Source of the DNA: Oligoflexales bacterium
GTDB lineage: Bacteria > Bdellovibrionota_B > Oligoflexia > Oligoflexales > RGVZ01
DNA: 64,000 nucleotides
Direction: 5' to 3'
Assembly (NCBI GenBank): GCA_947468665.1
Contig: CANILH010000001.1
Coordinates: 23,683-87,682 of the forward strand
The number at the start of each line of letters is the position of its first letter. Position 1 is the stretch's first letter. This document shows, piece by piece, positions 29,420 through 38,892 of this stretch. The position numbers were made by a program, and so were the translations under genes. Below the pieces are notes generated by a model, which was not told the DNA's origin, made no database searches, and was given only the letters and a program-made list of their open reading frames with translations.

Positions 29420-30433
29420 ATGATGTTTAAATGGAGACGTCACATAGTCGTGACGGCCTTCGCCGCGATGGCCCTGGCGCCGCTTGCTGGTTGTTCCAGT
29501 CAGCAGCAGCAGGCCACCGACGAGGTAGCAGCAGAGGAAGGGCAGGATGGCGAGGGAGACGGTGGGCAGCAGGCTGCCACCAGCGCCCAAGGAGACGCTG
29601 GGGCTGGCAATGAAGCGGCAGCAACCCAGCAGGCGGCAGGAAATCCGACAGAGAGCGCACCAGCAGGAGGAGAGAATGTTGTCTCTAACAATGCGGCCGC
29701 GGCAGGATCGGCGAATGGCGATCTACAGGAAATTATCACTGAGATGAATGGTGATGGCTCCGCGAAAACGGCAGCTAGTGACTCTGGCGCAAACGCAGCA
29801 CCAGTGGCGGAAGCGGCGGCACCGGATCCAGCGGCGGTAAATACGCCGGCATCAGCGGCGGTGGCTGCAGCACCAGTGGCGGCTCCTGCGGCACCGGGCC
29901 TTCCTGAGTCAGGATCTAAGATGGCATATGTGGTTGAGGCTGGTGATACACTGGCCAAAATCGCGACCAAGATCTATGGAGATCAAAAGCGCTGGAAGGA
30001 CATCGCGGGCCTAAGTGGACTTGATAACCCAAACCACATTTATCCTGGTGACTTGGTGTACTACTCTCTGGATGACGCAAGCAAATCGTTTGCATCTAAC
30101 TATGAGGGCATTAAGCGTTCGCAGGAGACAGTGCGTGAAGGCGATACTCTCGCCGGAATCTCAAAGCGTGTGTATGGCAAATCAAACCTTTGGAAGCATA
30201 TCTGGCGTCAAAACGATCACATCGACAACCCTGATAAGCTTACAGCCGGAATGATTGTATTCTACATGGATAAAGGCTCGATCAAAACAGCTCTGAACAG
30301 CATCAAAAAAGCGGAATTCTCAAAATTATCAGTGTCTTTGGTCAAAAAAATTCAGAAAACAACGAAACTTATTTCGGTAGCTAAAACAATGTTTACAACC
30401 AACGCATTAGCCGTTATCGCGGCAACTGTATAA
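29420..30433 (+). CDS. Lipoprotein with an Ala/Gly/Glu/Gln-rich low-complexity region and two LysM peptidoglycan-binding domains
   Basis: GGGAGG RBS. Signal peptide plus lipobox (ALAPLAGC|SS). LysM repeats YVVEAGDTLAKIATKIYGD..IYPGDLVYY and VREGDTLAGISKRVYGK..LTAGMIVFY. Hydrophobic C-terminal tail TTNALAVIAATV. Confidence 0.85.
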   Translation: MMFKWRRHIVVTAFAAMALAPLAGCSSQQQQATDEVAAEEGQDGEGDGGQQAATSAQGDAGAGNEAAATQQAAGNPTESAPAGGENVVSNNAAAAGSANGDLQEIITEMNGDGSAKTAASDSGANAAPVAEAAAPDPAAVNTPASAAVAAAPVAAPAAPGLPESGSKMAYVVEAGDTLAKIATKIYGDQKRWKDIAGLSGLDNPNHIYPGDLVYYSLDDASKSFASNYEGIKRSQETVREGDTLAGISKRVYGKSNLWKHIWRQNDHIDNPDKLTAGMIVFYMDKGSIKTALNSIKKAEFSKLSVSLVKKIQKTTKLISVAKTMFTTNALAVIAATV

Positions 30434-30869
30434 TAGATCTAACCCGAAGCGAGACTGGCACATCGCGAGGTTGCAGAAACAAGACGGAATCGCTAGACGA
30501 ACACAAACTGGCACCTAAAGAGACTAAATACTTTGTATCTTAAGGCGCGATCGTTAAGGGAACCGTAGAAAGCCAGAAAAATTAATCGATGCGAGCAAGG
30601 TTTATTGAATAGTGCAATCCAGTTAAGACGATTTTGTTGTTTCAGCGAGCCACAAGTATAAGGCGCCACCCGGGTAGACTGGCATGTATGAAACATTAAA
30701 ATGAGATGACCACGATAGCGCAGCTAAACTTTGTTCTTAAATCACTTTAAAAATCAGCTAATTACGACTTGATTCATCACGACAGTCCCGTATGACTATT
30801 CACCTGACCAATCAAAATTATGACCAGTCAACATGACGTAAAGCCCTGCCTAGTCACCTGCCTAATCAA

Positions 30870-31850
30870 CTAAAGGTCTAAAAAACTCAAATCGAGACCC
30901 CAACCACGGATCGTGTTTTTTAACACCTCGGAAGCGTGGACAACGGCTCCGTCGAGCAACACGGAATTTTCAATCCTCGCGGCCGTTCCAATTTTTGCGC
31001 CCGGGCTGACAACCGATTTATTATCGATGACGATGGAGGGGTCGTGGATCGAGACGCGGCTTAGAGGCGCCTCACCTAGGAGCTGTTTTTTCTGACGTGC
31101 AGGCATGGCCGCTACGAGGAGATTTGTCTCCCAAAGAGATCTCGGTGTCCCAATATCTGCCCAAAACCCCTGGTACTCAACGGCCGCGATTTTATGACCG
31201 GCTTTGATTGCATTATTAAAAGCTAAAATTACATCATACAGTACGGGCTCCTTTGGCAGGAACTCTCGCAGCCCAGGCTCGGTGACATAGGCGCAGGCAA
31301 ACCCAGCCTCACGAAGATTGGCCTGAGCTAGAGGAAGATCGGCTTTTTTAGCGATATTTTCAACGTAGCCCGATTCGTTAATCCAAACGGAACGACCGCC
31401 ATCTTCAGGGGGAGTTTTTCGAATAGCCATTGTTACGAGACGGCGGGATTGTTGATGCCTCGTCACGAGGTCATTTAGCGGTAAATCACTCAAAATATCA
31501 CCGTTGTAAACTAACAGAGGACTTTCGCCCCACCAGTTTGAAACCGCAGCGAGGGCTCCACCAGTCCCGAGAATGTCAGGGCTCTCGTGGGATAAAAAAA
31601 GCGTTTTCGCCCCCAGACCGAGGAAATGCGTCCCGACATAGTCTTCCATTATCGCGGCGAGGTGGTGTGTATTTACAGCAAGATCATTGCTGCCCGCCAA
31701 AACACATCGCCGAACCGCGGCATTAATAAGTGGGACATTCAATACCGTTGCCAGAGGCTTTGGAATGGTGTTGGTCAGAGGACGAAGCCTTGTTCCGAGA
31801 CCGGCAGCCAGGACAAGTGATTTCAGAGCTTTACCATGTTTATCACCCAC
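30870..31850 (-). CDS. Sugar-1-phosphate nucleotidyltransferase with a C-terminal left-handed beta-helix; MurU-like by context
   Basis: N-terminal LVLAAGLGTRLRPLTNTIPKPL (NTP-transferase signature). C-terminal hexapeptide-like region (IGTAARIENSVLLDGAVVHASEVL). It lies 22 nt downstream of an AmgK-like kinase gene. Confidence 0.7.
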   Translation of the reverse strand: MGDKHGKALKSLVLAAGLGTRLRPLTNTIPKPLATVLNVPLINAAVRRCVLAGSNDLAVNTHHLAAIMEDYVGTHFLGLGAKTLFLSHESPDILGTGGALAAVSNWWGESPLLVYNGDILSDLPLNDLVTRHQQSRRLVTMAIRKTPPEDGGRSVWINESGYVENIAKKADLPLAQANLREAGFACAYVTEPGLREFLPKEPVLYDVILAFNNAIKAGHKIAAVEYQGFWADIGTPRSLWETNLLVAAMPARQKKQLLGEAPLSRVSIHDPSIVIDNKSVVSPGAKIGTAARIENSVLLDGAVVHASEVLKNTIRGWGLDLSFLDL

Positions 31851-31872
31851 AATACCGACTCCCGTCTAGTGG

Positions 31873-32985
31873 TCAGCCTCGTCTTCGATGACCGGAGCCA
31901 GCAAGATTCAGTGCAGGAACAGACGAGCTGGCTGTGTGCGTTCTATCGGGAAGTGTCTTGGCCAAAATATGAAGAAGACGACCGCTTAAAAACGGCCAAC
32001 GCCCGTCTTGTACTCCGGCATCAAATAGAGTTTGCAGGGCTGGCGCGACGTTTTTTATATAGTCACCTTTGTGTTTATCCACAGTAAGGTAGCCAAAGCT
32101 TCCAATAGCTTTTAGTTGTCTTTGGAGAAGCATAGGACGCCACTCGTCTTTAGCCCTTGCGGCAGCCTGAGACTGCCCAAAAGCCTCTATAATTTCGAAG
32201 CCTTCATTGAGAAGTTGAAGCCGCGACTCCGGCGCAAGCGGCACATAGCTATCAAAAACTAAACTAACCAGATCATAAGAGGGTGGCCCGAGGCGCGCGT
32301 CCTGAAAGTCAATGACCGCGATAGAATTATTGTGAATCATGACATTGCGGCTGTGAAAATCCCGGTGGACAAAGTACCTAGATGCTGACGCCAAAAAAGT
32401 CGATATTGCCCTGATATCATTACAAAATTCCACCTCTTCCGAGGCAGAGAGGGTATAATGCGCCACGGGTTCCAGATATTTGGTTAGAAAAAAGCGCAGC
32501 TCCCACTCAAACCGCTCTTGGTCAAATGAACGGCTGGTCCAAACAGATCCCGGCGTGGGGTCTATTGAAAGAAAGTGCCCGACTGTTTGAAGGGCCTTGT
32601 TAAAAAAAGACAACACTTCGTTATGTTTGCCATTTTTATGAAGCTCCAAAGCCACTGACTCAAGCATAATATCGCCATAGTCATCAATAATTATCGCGGC
32701 GTGGTCGGCAAGAATCGCGACGCAGCCAGGTGCGGCGATCTGATTTGCGCGGAGGAGGTCAGAGATCTCAACCCAGTCGTAGCGCCCCCTTTTAAGATTT
32801 TCAGCGTCGGTTCCCGACAGCTGCATTAAAACAAGGCTCTTTGTTAGCTCTGGCGACCGAACTCGAAAATAACAGCGATCCGAGCCGTCTCCGGCGAGCC
32901 ATTCCACCGTTAAATGATCAACGCCCAGAGCCTTCGCGATTGCAGCGGGGGGCGGGGGGCTAAGGCGACCTTTTAATTGTGTCAT
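31873..32985 (-). CDS. Aminoglycoside-phosphotransferase-fold sugar kinase, AmgK-like (anomeric MurNAc/GlcNAc kinase family)
   Basis: GDGSDRCYFRV near the N-terminus. Catalytic loop HRDFHSRNVMI followed by IDFQDARLGPPSYDLVSL. These are typical of the COG3178/AmgK group, and the gene is paired with a nucleotidyltransferase. Confidence 0.65.
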   Translation of the reverse strand: MTQLKGRLSPPPPAAIAKALGVDHLTVEWLAGDGSDRCYFRVRSPELTKSLVLMQLSGTDAENLKRGRYDWVEISDLLRANQIAAPGCVAILADHAAIIIDDYGDIMLESVALELHKNGKHNEVLSFFNKALQTVGHFLSIDPTPGSVWTSRSFDQERFEWELRFFLTKYLEPVAHYTLSASEEVEFCNDIRAISTFLASASRYFVHRDFHSRNVMIHNNSIAVIDFQDARLGPPSYDLVSLVFDSYVPLAPESRLQLLNEGFEIIEAFGQSQAAARAKDEWRPMLLQRQLKAIGSFGYLTVDKHKGDYIKNVAPALQTLFDAGVQDGRWPFLSGRLLHILAKTLPDRTHTASSSVPALNLAGSGHRRRG

Positions 32986-33009
32986 AAAGCGCTTATCCTG
33001 CTCAAAAAA

Positions 33010-33957
33010 TTAGACCACAACAAATTGTACGACTGGACCAACCCCAACCGCAAGTCGTCCAGCGGGCGCGGTAAACAATTCCCCATCCAAGGTATAAAAT
33101 TGCCGCCCCGATTCTGCCGCTATGACCGCCGTTGCGGCTGTCCGGGAGACTTTCCCAAAAAAACGACCTGACCGATTGCGGAGAAACGCAAAAACAAGCC
33201 GCCAGGGCAAGGAACTAGGCGACATTTCAAGGGACAAATACTGAAAGCGGCCGAGATCAGAGCTTGCCTCCGGGAACACGCGAAAACCGAGGGGTGCCTT
33301 CTCAACCGTACTTATCATCATCGCGAGGCTTTTTGACGCAGTGGGGCTATCCTGTCCGTCAAAGGCGACACGGTAAGACTCCTCACAAACGAGCGCACGG
33401 TATTTAGCTGGGGTAAAAACCCATTTAAAATAAATTTTTAATATCAGCATGATAGCGCCTGCAGGGCCGGATTTTTGCCTGTAAAATTCCTCTAGATACC
33501 GGGCTATCAAGCCGTTTCCAAAAAGAAACCCAGCCTGCCCACCGACTGATAGGGTGGCAAGAGAGCGAATCTCCTTTGGCCGAAGGCCGCTTTGACACTC
33601 AAGCATTCTGACGAGGATTTCTTCTGGCGTGCCCCGAATACCAAGATTATCGGCAAGCATATTTATGGTCCCGCCGCGTAAAACCAGAACCTTGGGGAGG
33701 TCTTTGGCGCCGTAGGCCCGGATGAACGCAGTCAAGGTTCTCGAAATAGTCCCATCACCACCATTTATGGCTAAAATTTCAATACTTTGCTGTTTAAAAA
33801 GCTGAGCAACGCGGCCAAGGTCATCGACGGAGTTCGTAATCTCCAGATTTCCGAACTGACCGACGATATACCCAAGGAGAAGGCCTCTGGTGGGCTTTTT
33901 TATATTCAGCTTAGAATTCGGATTCGTGATGATTCCAATACCGGCCATCTCGCGCAA
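33010..33957 (-). CDS. Diacylglycerol-kinase-catalytic-domain lipid kinase (YegS/LCB5-like)
   Basis: IITNPNS..LAINGGDGTISR (the GGDGT signature of the DAGK_cat / NAD-kinase fold). 315 aa. Confidence 0.7.
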   Translation of the reverse strand: MREMAGIGIITNPNSKLNIKKPTRGLLLGYIVGQFGNLEITNSVDDLGRVAQLFKQQSIEILAINGGDGTISRTLTAFIRAYGAKDLPKVLVLRGGTINMLADNLGIRGTPEEILVRMLECQSGLRPKEIRSLATLSVGGQAGFLFGNGLIARYLEEFYRQKSGPAGAIMLILKIYFKWVFTPAKYRALVCEESYRVAFDGQDSPTASKSLAMMISTVEKAPLGFRVFPEASSDLGRFQYLSLEMSPSSLPWRLVFAFLRNRSGRFFGKVSRTAATAVIAAESGRQFYTLDGELFTAPAGRLAVGVGPVVQFVVV

Positions 33958-34038
33958 ACTCCAACCATCTGATAGAAAGGTTTGTTTAATATAGGCTCAG
34001 TCGGCCCTTTTGACAAACTGCAATGACGGAATCCTGGC

Positions 34039-34977
34039 GTGGCTAACAACAAAGATTATATTTCCCCAAATCTACCCGCTCTGCGGACAGAGCGGCTGCC
34101 AACGCCTCCGTCGCCGCTTCAGGCCTACATGCGTGAAATCAGCCGCTACCCGTTATTAACCCCGGCGGAAGAGTATGAGCTCGCCGTGGCACATTTTGAT
34201 TTGCAGAGCAAAGACGCTGCCCAGCGTCTAATCACCGCCAATCTCAGGCTCGTAGTAAAAATCGCCAACGAGTTCAGGCAGGGACATGTGGGCTCACTTG
34301 ATCTTATTCAGGAGGGTAACTATGGCCTCATGCAGGCTGTGAAGCGATTTAATCCATACAAGGGGGTCAAACTTTCTTCCTACTCTGCTTGGTGGATCAG
34401 GGCTTATATCTTGAAATTTTTGATGGATAACCGTGGGCCGGTCCGGATTGGCACGACCGCGGCACAGCGCAAGCTGTTTTATAATCTCAGAAAGGAAACG
34501 GAGAGACTTCTTCGGGATTATGAGACTGCGGACGTTAAGCTCCTGGCGGAAAATCTGGGTGTCAGGGAAAAAGACGTGGTCGCCATGCAGCAACGGCTGA
34601 ATGCCACTGATATAAGTTTTGACGCCCCCATGGCGGACGGAAGCGGACGGCATAATTCCGAGGTTATTGAGATAGAAAGCCAGTCAAAATCAGCGGAAGA
34701 GGAGCTCGCCGACTCAGAGCTTCTGGATATTTTCGAGGACCACCTAAATGAATTCAGACAAACCCTTAAAGGGCGCGACCTCGATGTTTTCAAGGACCGT
34801 ATGATGGCCGAGAAACCTCTGACACTGCAGGAAATTGGAGACAGCTATGGAGTCAGCCGCGAGCGGGCCCGTCAAATCGAGGCTCGTATCATGAAAAACC
34901 TAAAAGATTTCGTACGCAAAAAAGGCACCTTGGTTGAGCTGATGGATGATGAGCAGATGACTACCATTGATGCTTGA
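34039..34977 (+). CDS. rpoH: RNA polymerase sigma-32 heat-shock factor (GTG start; the exact start is uncertain)
   Basis: Region 2 LRLVVKIANEF..DLIQEGNYGLMQAVKRFNP, the RpoH box TAAQRKLFYNLRKE, and region 4 LQEIGDSYGVSRERARQIE. Confidence 0.9.
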   Translation: MANNKDYISPNLPALRTERLPTPPSPLQAYMREISRYPLLTPAEEYELAVAHFDLQSKDAAQRLITANLRLVVKIANEFRQGHVGSLDLIQEGNYGLMQAVKRFNPYKGVKLSSYSAWWIRAYILKFLMDNRGPVRIGTTAAQRKLFYNLRKETERLLRDYETADVKLLAENLGVREKDVVAMQQRLNATDISFDAPMADGSGRHNSEVIEIESQSKSAEEELADSELLDIFEDHLNEFRQTLKGRDLDVFKDRMMAEKPLTLQEIGDSYGVSRERARQIEARIMKNLKDFVRKKGTLVELMDDEQMTTIDA

Positions 34978-34984
34978 GTTAACC

Positions 34985-37048
34985 CTAAACGCGTGGCTGA
35001 GGCTTTAGATTGGCCCGCAGACTTTGTAGGGCTGACAGGGTTTTTTCTTTTTTTTCCTCAATCCGGGTCGCTGTATTCGCAAGCTGTTGATTGGCGCTGA
35101 TCGCGCCAGCCGGCAATTCTGACAAAAAGCGACTTGGGAGTCTGGAGGTTTTCATTGTTCCAGAGCCCCGCTCCGCGGCCCAAGTCAAGACGGACCTCTT
35201 TTTGGCGCGCGTTAGAGCGACGTAGAAAAGGCGTCGTTCTTCCATAAGCCCATTAGAGTTGCTTGCGGAGTTCTTGTGGGGAAAAAGATCTTCTTCCATG
35301 CCGCAGACAATAACCGCGGGGAACTCAAGCCCCTTTGAGGCGTGCATAGTCATAAGTGAGACTCGGTTAGGCTTCCCATTTTCGTCGCGGTCACTGAAAT
35401 CCCGGTCATTGAGAGTAAGGCGGTCTAGGAGTTCGTGAATATCAAGATGGCCCCGCTCCTTAAGTACATCTTGGGCCGCGCTCGCCAGCCAGCGGGGCAA
35501 GCTTTTCAGGGCGTCAATTTTGCGCTCAACGCTGGCCGCGTCTTTAACGTGATCGCGGATATCCCGGGTTAGCTGAAATCGCTTGATTATCTCATGGCCG
35601 AGCTTAGCGAGATCTTCGGCCGTGGAAACAGTCCAGCTACGCAGCGAATCAAAGTCACTTACAAACTGCTGAAGGCTTGAGAGGCTTTTTCCGGTGAGTC
35701 CAAGTGAAGTGGCGCTATCTTTCGCGACTCGCCAGGGCGAGGTTTGAGACTTTGTCGCGCACTCCTCAATTTTCTCCAGGGACTTAAGTCCGATGCCCCT
35801 GTTGGGCGTGTTAATGACGCGGTAAAATGCCAACCGATCGTCTGGTCGGGCCAGAAGCCTGATATAGCCCAGAAAATCTTTTACTTCTTTGCGCTCAAAA
35901 AAGCTGCTCCCTCCAAATGTCTCATATGGAATATTAACCTCCCTCAAAGCAAGCTCGACGGCGCGGGCCTGACTGTTGGCGCGGTATAATACGGCTATGT
36001 CGCCGGCGCGAAAGCCCTCTCCCATAAAGGACATGCACCTGGTCGCAATGAAACGAGCCTCTTCCTCCTCAGATGGAAGAGCGCTCACCTCAATTGGCCA
36101 GGAACCATCATTGGCGCTCCAGAGTGTTTTTTCTTTACGCCGGGTGTTATTTTTAATGACAGTGTTGGCGGCGTCGAGAATTACGTTTGTGCAACGATAG
36201 TTTTGCTCGAGTTTAATGAGCCTTGTTCCCGGGAACATTTTCTCAAACCGCTCCAGTGTCTCGAACAGAGCGCCACGCCAGCTATATATAGACTGGTCAT
36301 CGTCTCCTACAGCACAAACATTATTATGCCCTGTGCCGAGGAGCTCAAGAACGCGAAATTGTGCGGCATTTGTGTCCTGGAACTCATCTACCATAAAATA
36401 TCTGTAGCGATTTTCCAGTTGAGCCCTGACCTCAGGGAACTCCTCCAGAAGACAAACGGCCTTAAAAATACAGTCGTCAAAATCAATCATCCTATTCAGC
36501 TTAAGCTGTCTCTCGTAGAGCTCGTATGCCTTGACGAGAAGCTCCGGCTCGAGGCCAATGGAAATGTGAATTGCTCTCTTCGCGAAATCTGAAGGCTTAA
36601 GCAACGCGTTCTTCGCGCGGGAAATCTCGGCGTGTAAGACTTCCGCATTTATTGCCGTAAGAGCGGCCTCCTCCTGAAGAGCGCGCCGCAGAAGGTCTAT
36701 TTGATCGGAGGTCCCCGCGAGAGAGAATTTCTTCGCAAGCCCGATCCGCTCGCCATATTCACGGAGAATGCTGAGACAAAAACTATGGAAGGTGCCAAGC
36801 TTCACTTTCGTCGCGGTTTTTTCGCCGACAAGTGACTCCAGTCTTTCCACCATCTCCCTGGCGGCCTTATTGGTAAATGTCATCGCCGCGATGGCTTCTG
36901 GAGCGATTCCACGAGAGATCATGTAGGCCATTCTCATGGTGATGGCCTTTGTTTTGCCAGTACCAGCTCCAGCCAATACGAGGACTGGTCCGTCAATAGT
37001 TTCTACGCATTGGCGTTGTTCGGCGTTGAGGGTAGACAAATCAATCAT
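34985..37048 (-). CDS. ATP-dependent DNA helicase, UvrD/PcrA/Rep superfamily 1
   Basis: Walker A LAGAGTGKTKAIT, motif II MVDEFQDTN, NYRCT, TMHASKGLEFP and YVALTRAK. 687 aa. Confidence 0.9.
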   Translation of the reverse strand: MIDLSTLNAEQRQCVETIDGPVLVLAGAGTGKTKAITMRMAYMISRGIAPEAIAAMTFTNKAAREMVERLESLVGEKTATKVKLGTFHSFCLSILREYGERIGLAKKFSLAGTSDQIDLLRRALQEEAALTAINAEVLHAEISRAKNALLKPSDFAKRAIHISIGLEPELLVKAYELYERQLKLNRMIDFDDCIFKAVCLLEEFPEVRAQLENRYRYFMVDEFQDTNAAQFRVLELLGTGHNNVCAVGDDDQSIYSWRGALFETLERFEKMFPGTRLIKLEQNYRCTNVILDAANTVIKNNTRRKEKTLWSANDGSWPIEVSALPSEEEEARFIATRCMSFMGEGFRAGDIAVLYRANSQARAVELALREVNIPYETFGGSSFFERKEVKDFLGYIRLLARPDDRLAFYRVINTPNRGIGLKSLEKIEECATKSQTSPWRVAKDSATSLGLTGKSLSSLQQFVSDFDSLRSWTVSTAEDLAKLGHEIIKRFQLTRDIRDHVKDAASVERKIDALKSLPRWLASAAQDVLKERGHLDIHELLDRLTLNDRDFSDRDENGKPNRVSLMTMHASKGLEFPAVIVCGMEEDLFPHKNSASNSNGLMEERRLFYVALTRAKKRSVLTWAAERGSGTMKTSRLPSRFLSELPAGAISANQQLANTATRIEEKKEKTLSALQSLRANLKPQPRV

Positions 37049-37273
37049 TAAAGGTATGCCTTAACTTTCCCGCTCTCTAATAAAACGCATGAAAAATCAT
37101 AGCCAGGAGGGCGTGGGGTTTAAATACTCAGTCGCCTGAAAGTGCCGGACCAGAGGTCATCCACGGATATTTGCGACCAAAGATCTGTTTATGCCACATT
37201 GCGATTGATCTTGCACCAATCGATCAGTAGGTTTGATCCGGGTTATTAATGTCCCAGTTTTTGATTAGGAGAA

Positions 37274-37654
37274 TTGATCAACATGTCGGCAGCACTAGCG
37301 ATTTTTTTTGCGGGAATTCTTTTTTCAGGCAGCGCTTTAGCCCAGGCGGCGGGGCAGGCGGGACCATCCACAGTGGAAATGCTTATAATGCCGGCGGGAT
37401 TCTTAATTATTATGTATTTTTTTATGATTCGCCCCCAGCAAAAAAGAGCCAAGGATCATCAGACCTTCCTTGCCGCCCTAAAGCCTGGCGATGAGGTGGT
37501 CACTTCAGGTGGAATTATTGGCCGCGTGAAGACCGTTGCCGAAGGGTTTATCAGCGTTGAGGTCTCGTCAAATACCGTCATAAAAGTCCTTAAGAGCGCC
37601 ATTGAGGGCCATAGTCCGAAGGCTCTGGCGGCCCAGGCTGTAAAGGCCGAATAA
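37274..37654 (+). CDS. yajC: Preprotein translocase subunit YajC
   Basis: FFMIRPQQKRAKDHQTFLAALKPGDEVVTSGGIIGRV matches the YajC signature. It has an N-terminal hydrophobic extension. Confidence 0.85.
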   Translation: MINMSAALAIFFAGILFSGSALAQAAGQAGPSTVEMLIMPAGFLIIMYFFMIRPQQKRAKDHQTFLAALKPGDEVVTSGGIIGRVKTVAEGFISVEVSSNTVIKVLKSAIEGHSPKALAAQAVKAE

Positions 37655-37791
37655 TGATTTTGGTGGTTTAGGGGCTCCTGTTAGGTGAACCTTACCTCCG
37701 ATCTTGATAATATAATCTAGCGCTTTAGTTAGTGGGGTTCAAAACCACTGGCTGGTGTGTGTTTTATTTGTCTAAAACGCCGAGGTTAATC

Positions 37792-38826
37792 ATGACTGAG
37801 CCACGTTCGATATTTTGCGTAGGGACAGTTTTAATACTCACGCTCCTGCCTGGGAGAGTCTTGTACGCCGGTGCGCCAGCTGTACCAGAGGAGTATGAGT
37901 CAACAGGCGGCCAGTCACTGGCTTTCGGCGGCTCAGTGGCCACGGGGCTCGGAGGTGCATCGGCTATTCGAGCAAATCCCGCCTTGATGGCGCTGGAGAA
38001 AGAATACTCGATTAATGGCGCTTATCACTGGCCAACAGCCGGTCGCGATTTTTACCAGGTTGGTGTGGTAGATGGTAAAACCAGCCCTATTGCCGCTGGT
38101 TTCACATATACTGGCGCGCAGGACAATTATCAGGGGCTTGCCTCAAATGCCAGGTCTCCAGACCCCGCCGCTAAGGGGCCGGACGTGGTAGGGCTATCTA
38201 AGGATAGTCCGGTTATCCGTAGGGCCGGACTCGCATTGGCGATTCCGTTGGGTAAAGTTTATCTGGGTGCCGGAGGAAGTTTTGTTGAGGCTAGGCCACC
38301 CACGGAAGCGCTAATGGAAGACTCAAACGCAACAATTAAAGGTTTTACGATGGGATTTGGTCTCGCGGGCCACCTTACTGAGGCCTTGCGCATAGGCTTT
38401 TCTGCGGAAAATCTCGCCAATAAAAAAGTCCAATACGCAGCACCGACATTTTATCGCGCGGGCGCCAGTTATTTCATGGGCAGCATCGCGTCGATACACC
38501 TGGATTACCGCCGCAGGGAGGCTGTGGCGATTTACGAGGGTCGGGCGGCCTCATTTACCTTGGAGGGTGACGGGGGCGCGAAGGCAAACGCGTTAAGCGA
38601 GGAGAACTTTCTGAACGCCAGCGCATCAATAAAAATCTATGACCTGCTCAGAGTCATAGTGGCTACAGGTCAGGCTCGGTCGGCTGAGCAGTCGGCGACG
38701 AGACTCGCGGGAGGTTTAGCGCTAGTTAATCAAAGCTTTAATTTTACTTATCAGGCGCTAAAACCAGATTTGGCGACCGACTCCGTCCATCACGCCCTTT
38801 CGCTCGGCCTTAATATTATGCTGTAG
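37792..38826 (+). CDS. Secreted protein, probable outer-membrane beta-barrel (FadL/PorV-like N-terminal motif)
   Basis: Start moved to ATG 37792, which gives a signal peptide (MTEPRSIFCVGTVLILTLLPGRVLYAGA). It contains LGGASAIRANPALMA, resembling the N-terminal plug motif of FadL/PorV-type barrels. Alternating Gly/aromatic beta-strand-like segments run to the C-terminus. Confidence 0.5.
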   Translation: MTEPRSIFCVGTVLILTLLPGRVLYAGAPAVPEEYESTGGQSLAFGGSVATGLGGASAIRANPALMALEKEYSINGAYHWPTAGRDFYQVGVVDGKTSPIAAGFTYTGAQDNYQGLASNARSPDPAAKGPDVVGLSKDSPVIRRAGLALAIPLGKVYLGAGGSFVEARPPTEALMEDSNATIKGFTMGFGLAGHLTEALRIGFSAENLANKKVQYAAPTFYRAGASYFMGSIASIHLDYRRREAVAIYEGRAASFTLEGDGGAKANALSEENFLNASASIKIYDLLRVIVATGQARSAEQSATRLAGGLALVNQSFNFTYQALKPDLATDSVHHALSLGLNIML

Positions 38827-38892
38827 TGTCCGCGAGCTCATTCGCCGGGACGTTTTAAATCAGATCGCCCAAAAAAGAAAACGAGGAACCTC

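Noticed and set aside
29427-29970. Multiple overlapping ORFs on both strands (for example 29500..29970, -, 156 aa) in the 5' third of the LysM gene
   Set aside because: They coincide with the GCN/GGN-rich low-complexity segment, where all frames stay open. Only the plus frame has an RBS, a lipobox and LysM domains.
30456-30474. Sigma-54-like promoter TGGCAC....TTGC in the long convergent spacer
   Set aside because: The spacing between the GG and GC elements is 4 nt longer than in the TGGCAC-N5-TTGC consensus. The other two ACTGGCA copies have no TTGC partner.
30434-30869. Known housekeeping RNAs (tRNA, tmRNA, SRP RNA, RNase P RNA, 6S) in the long spacer
   Set aside because: I found no T-loop GTTCRAATC, no GGGGCTGA..TCCACCA ends, no GGAAGCAGCC SRP core and no GAGGAAAGTCCGGGC P4 element on either strand. 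6S RNA cannot be excluded by eye.
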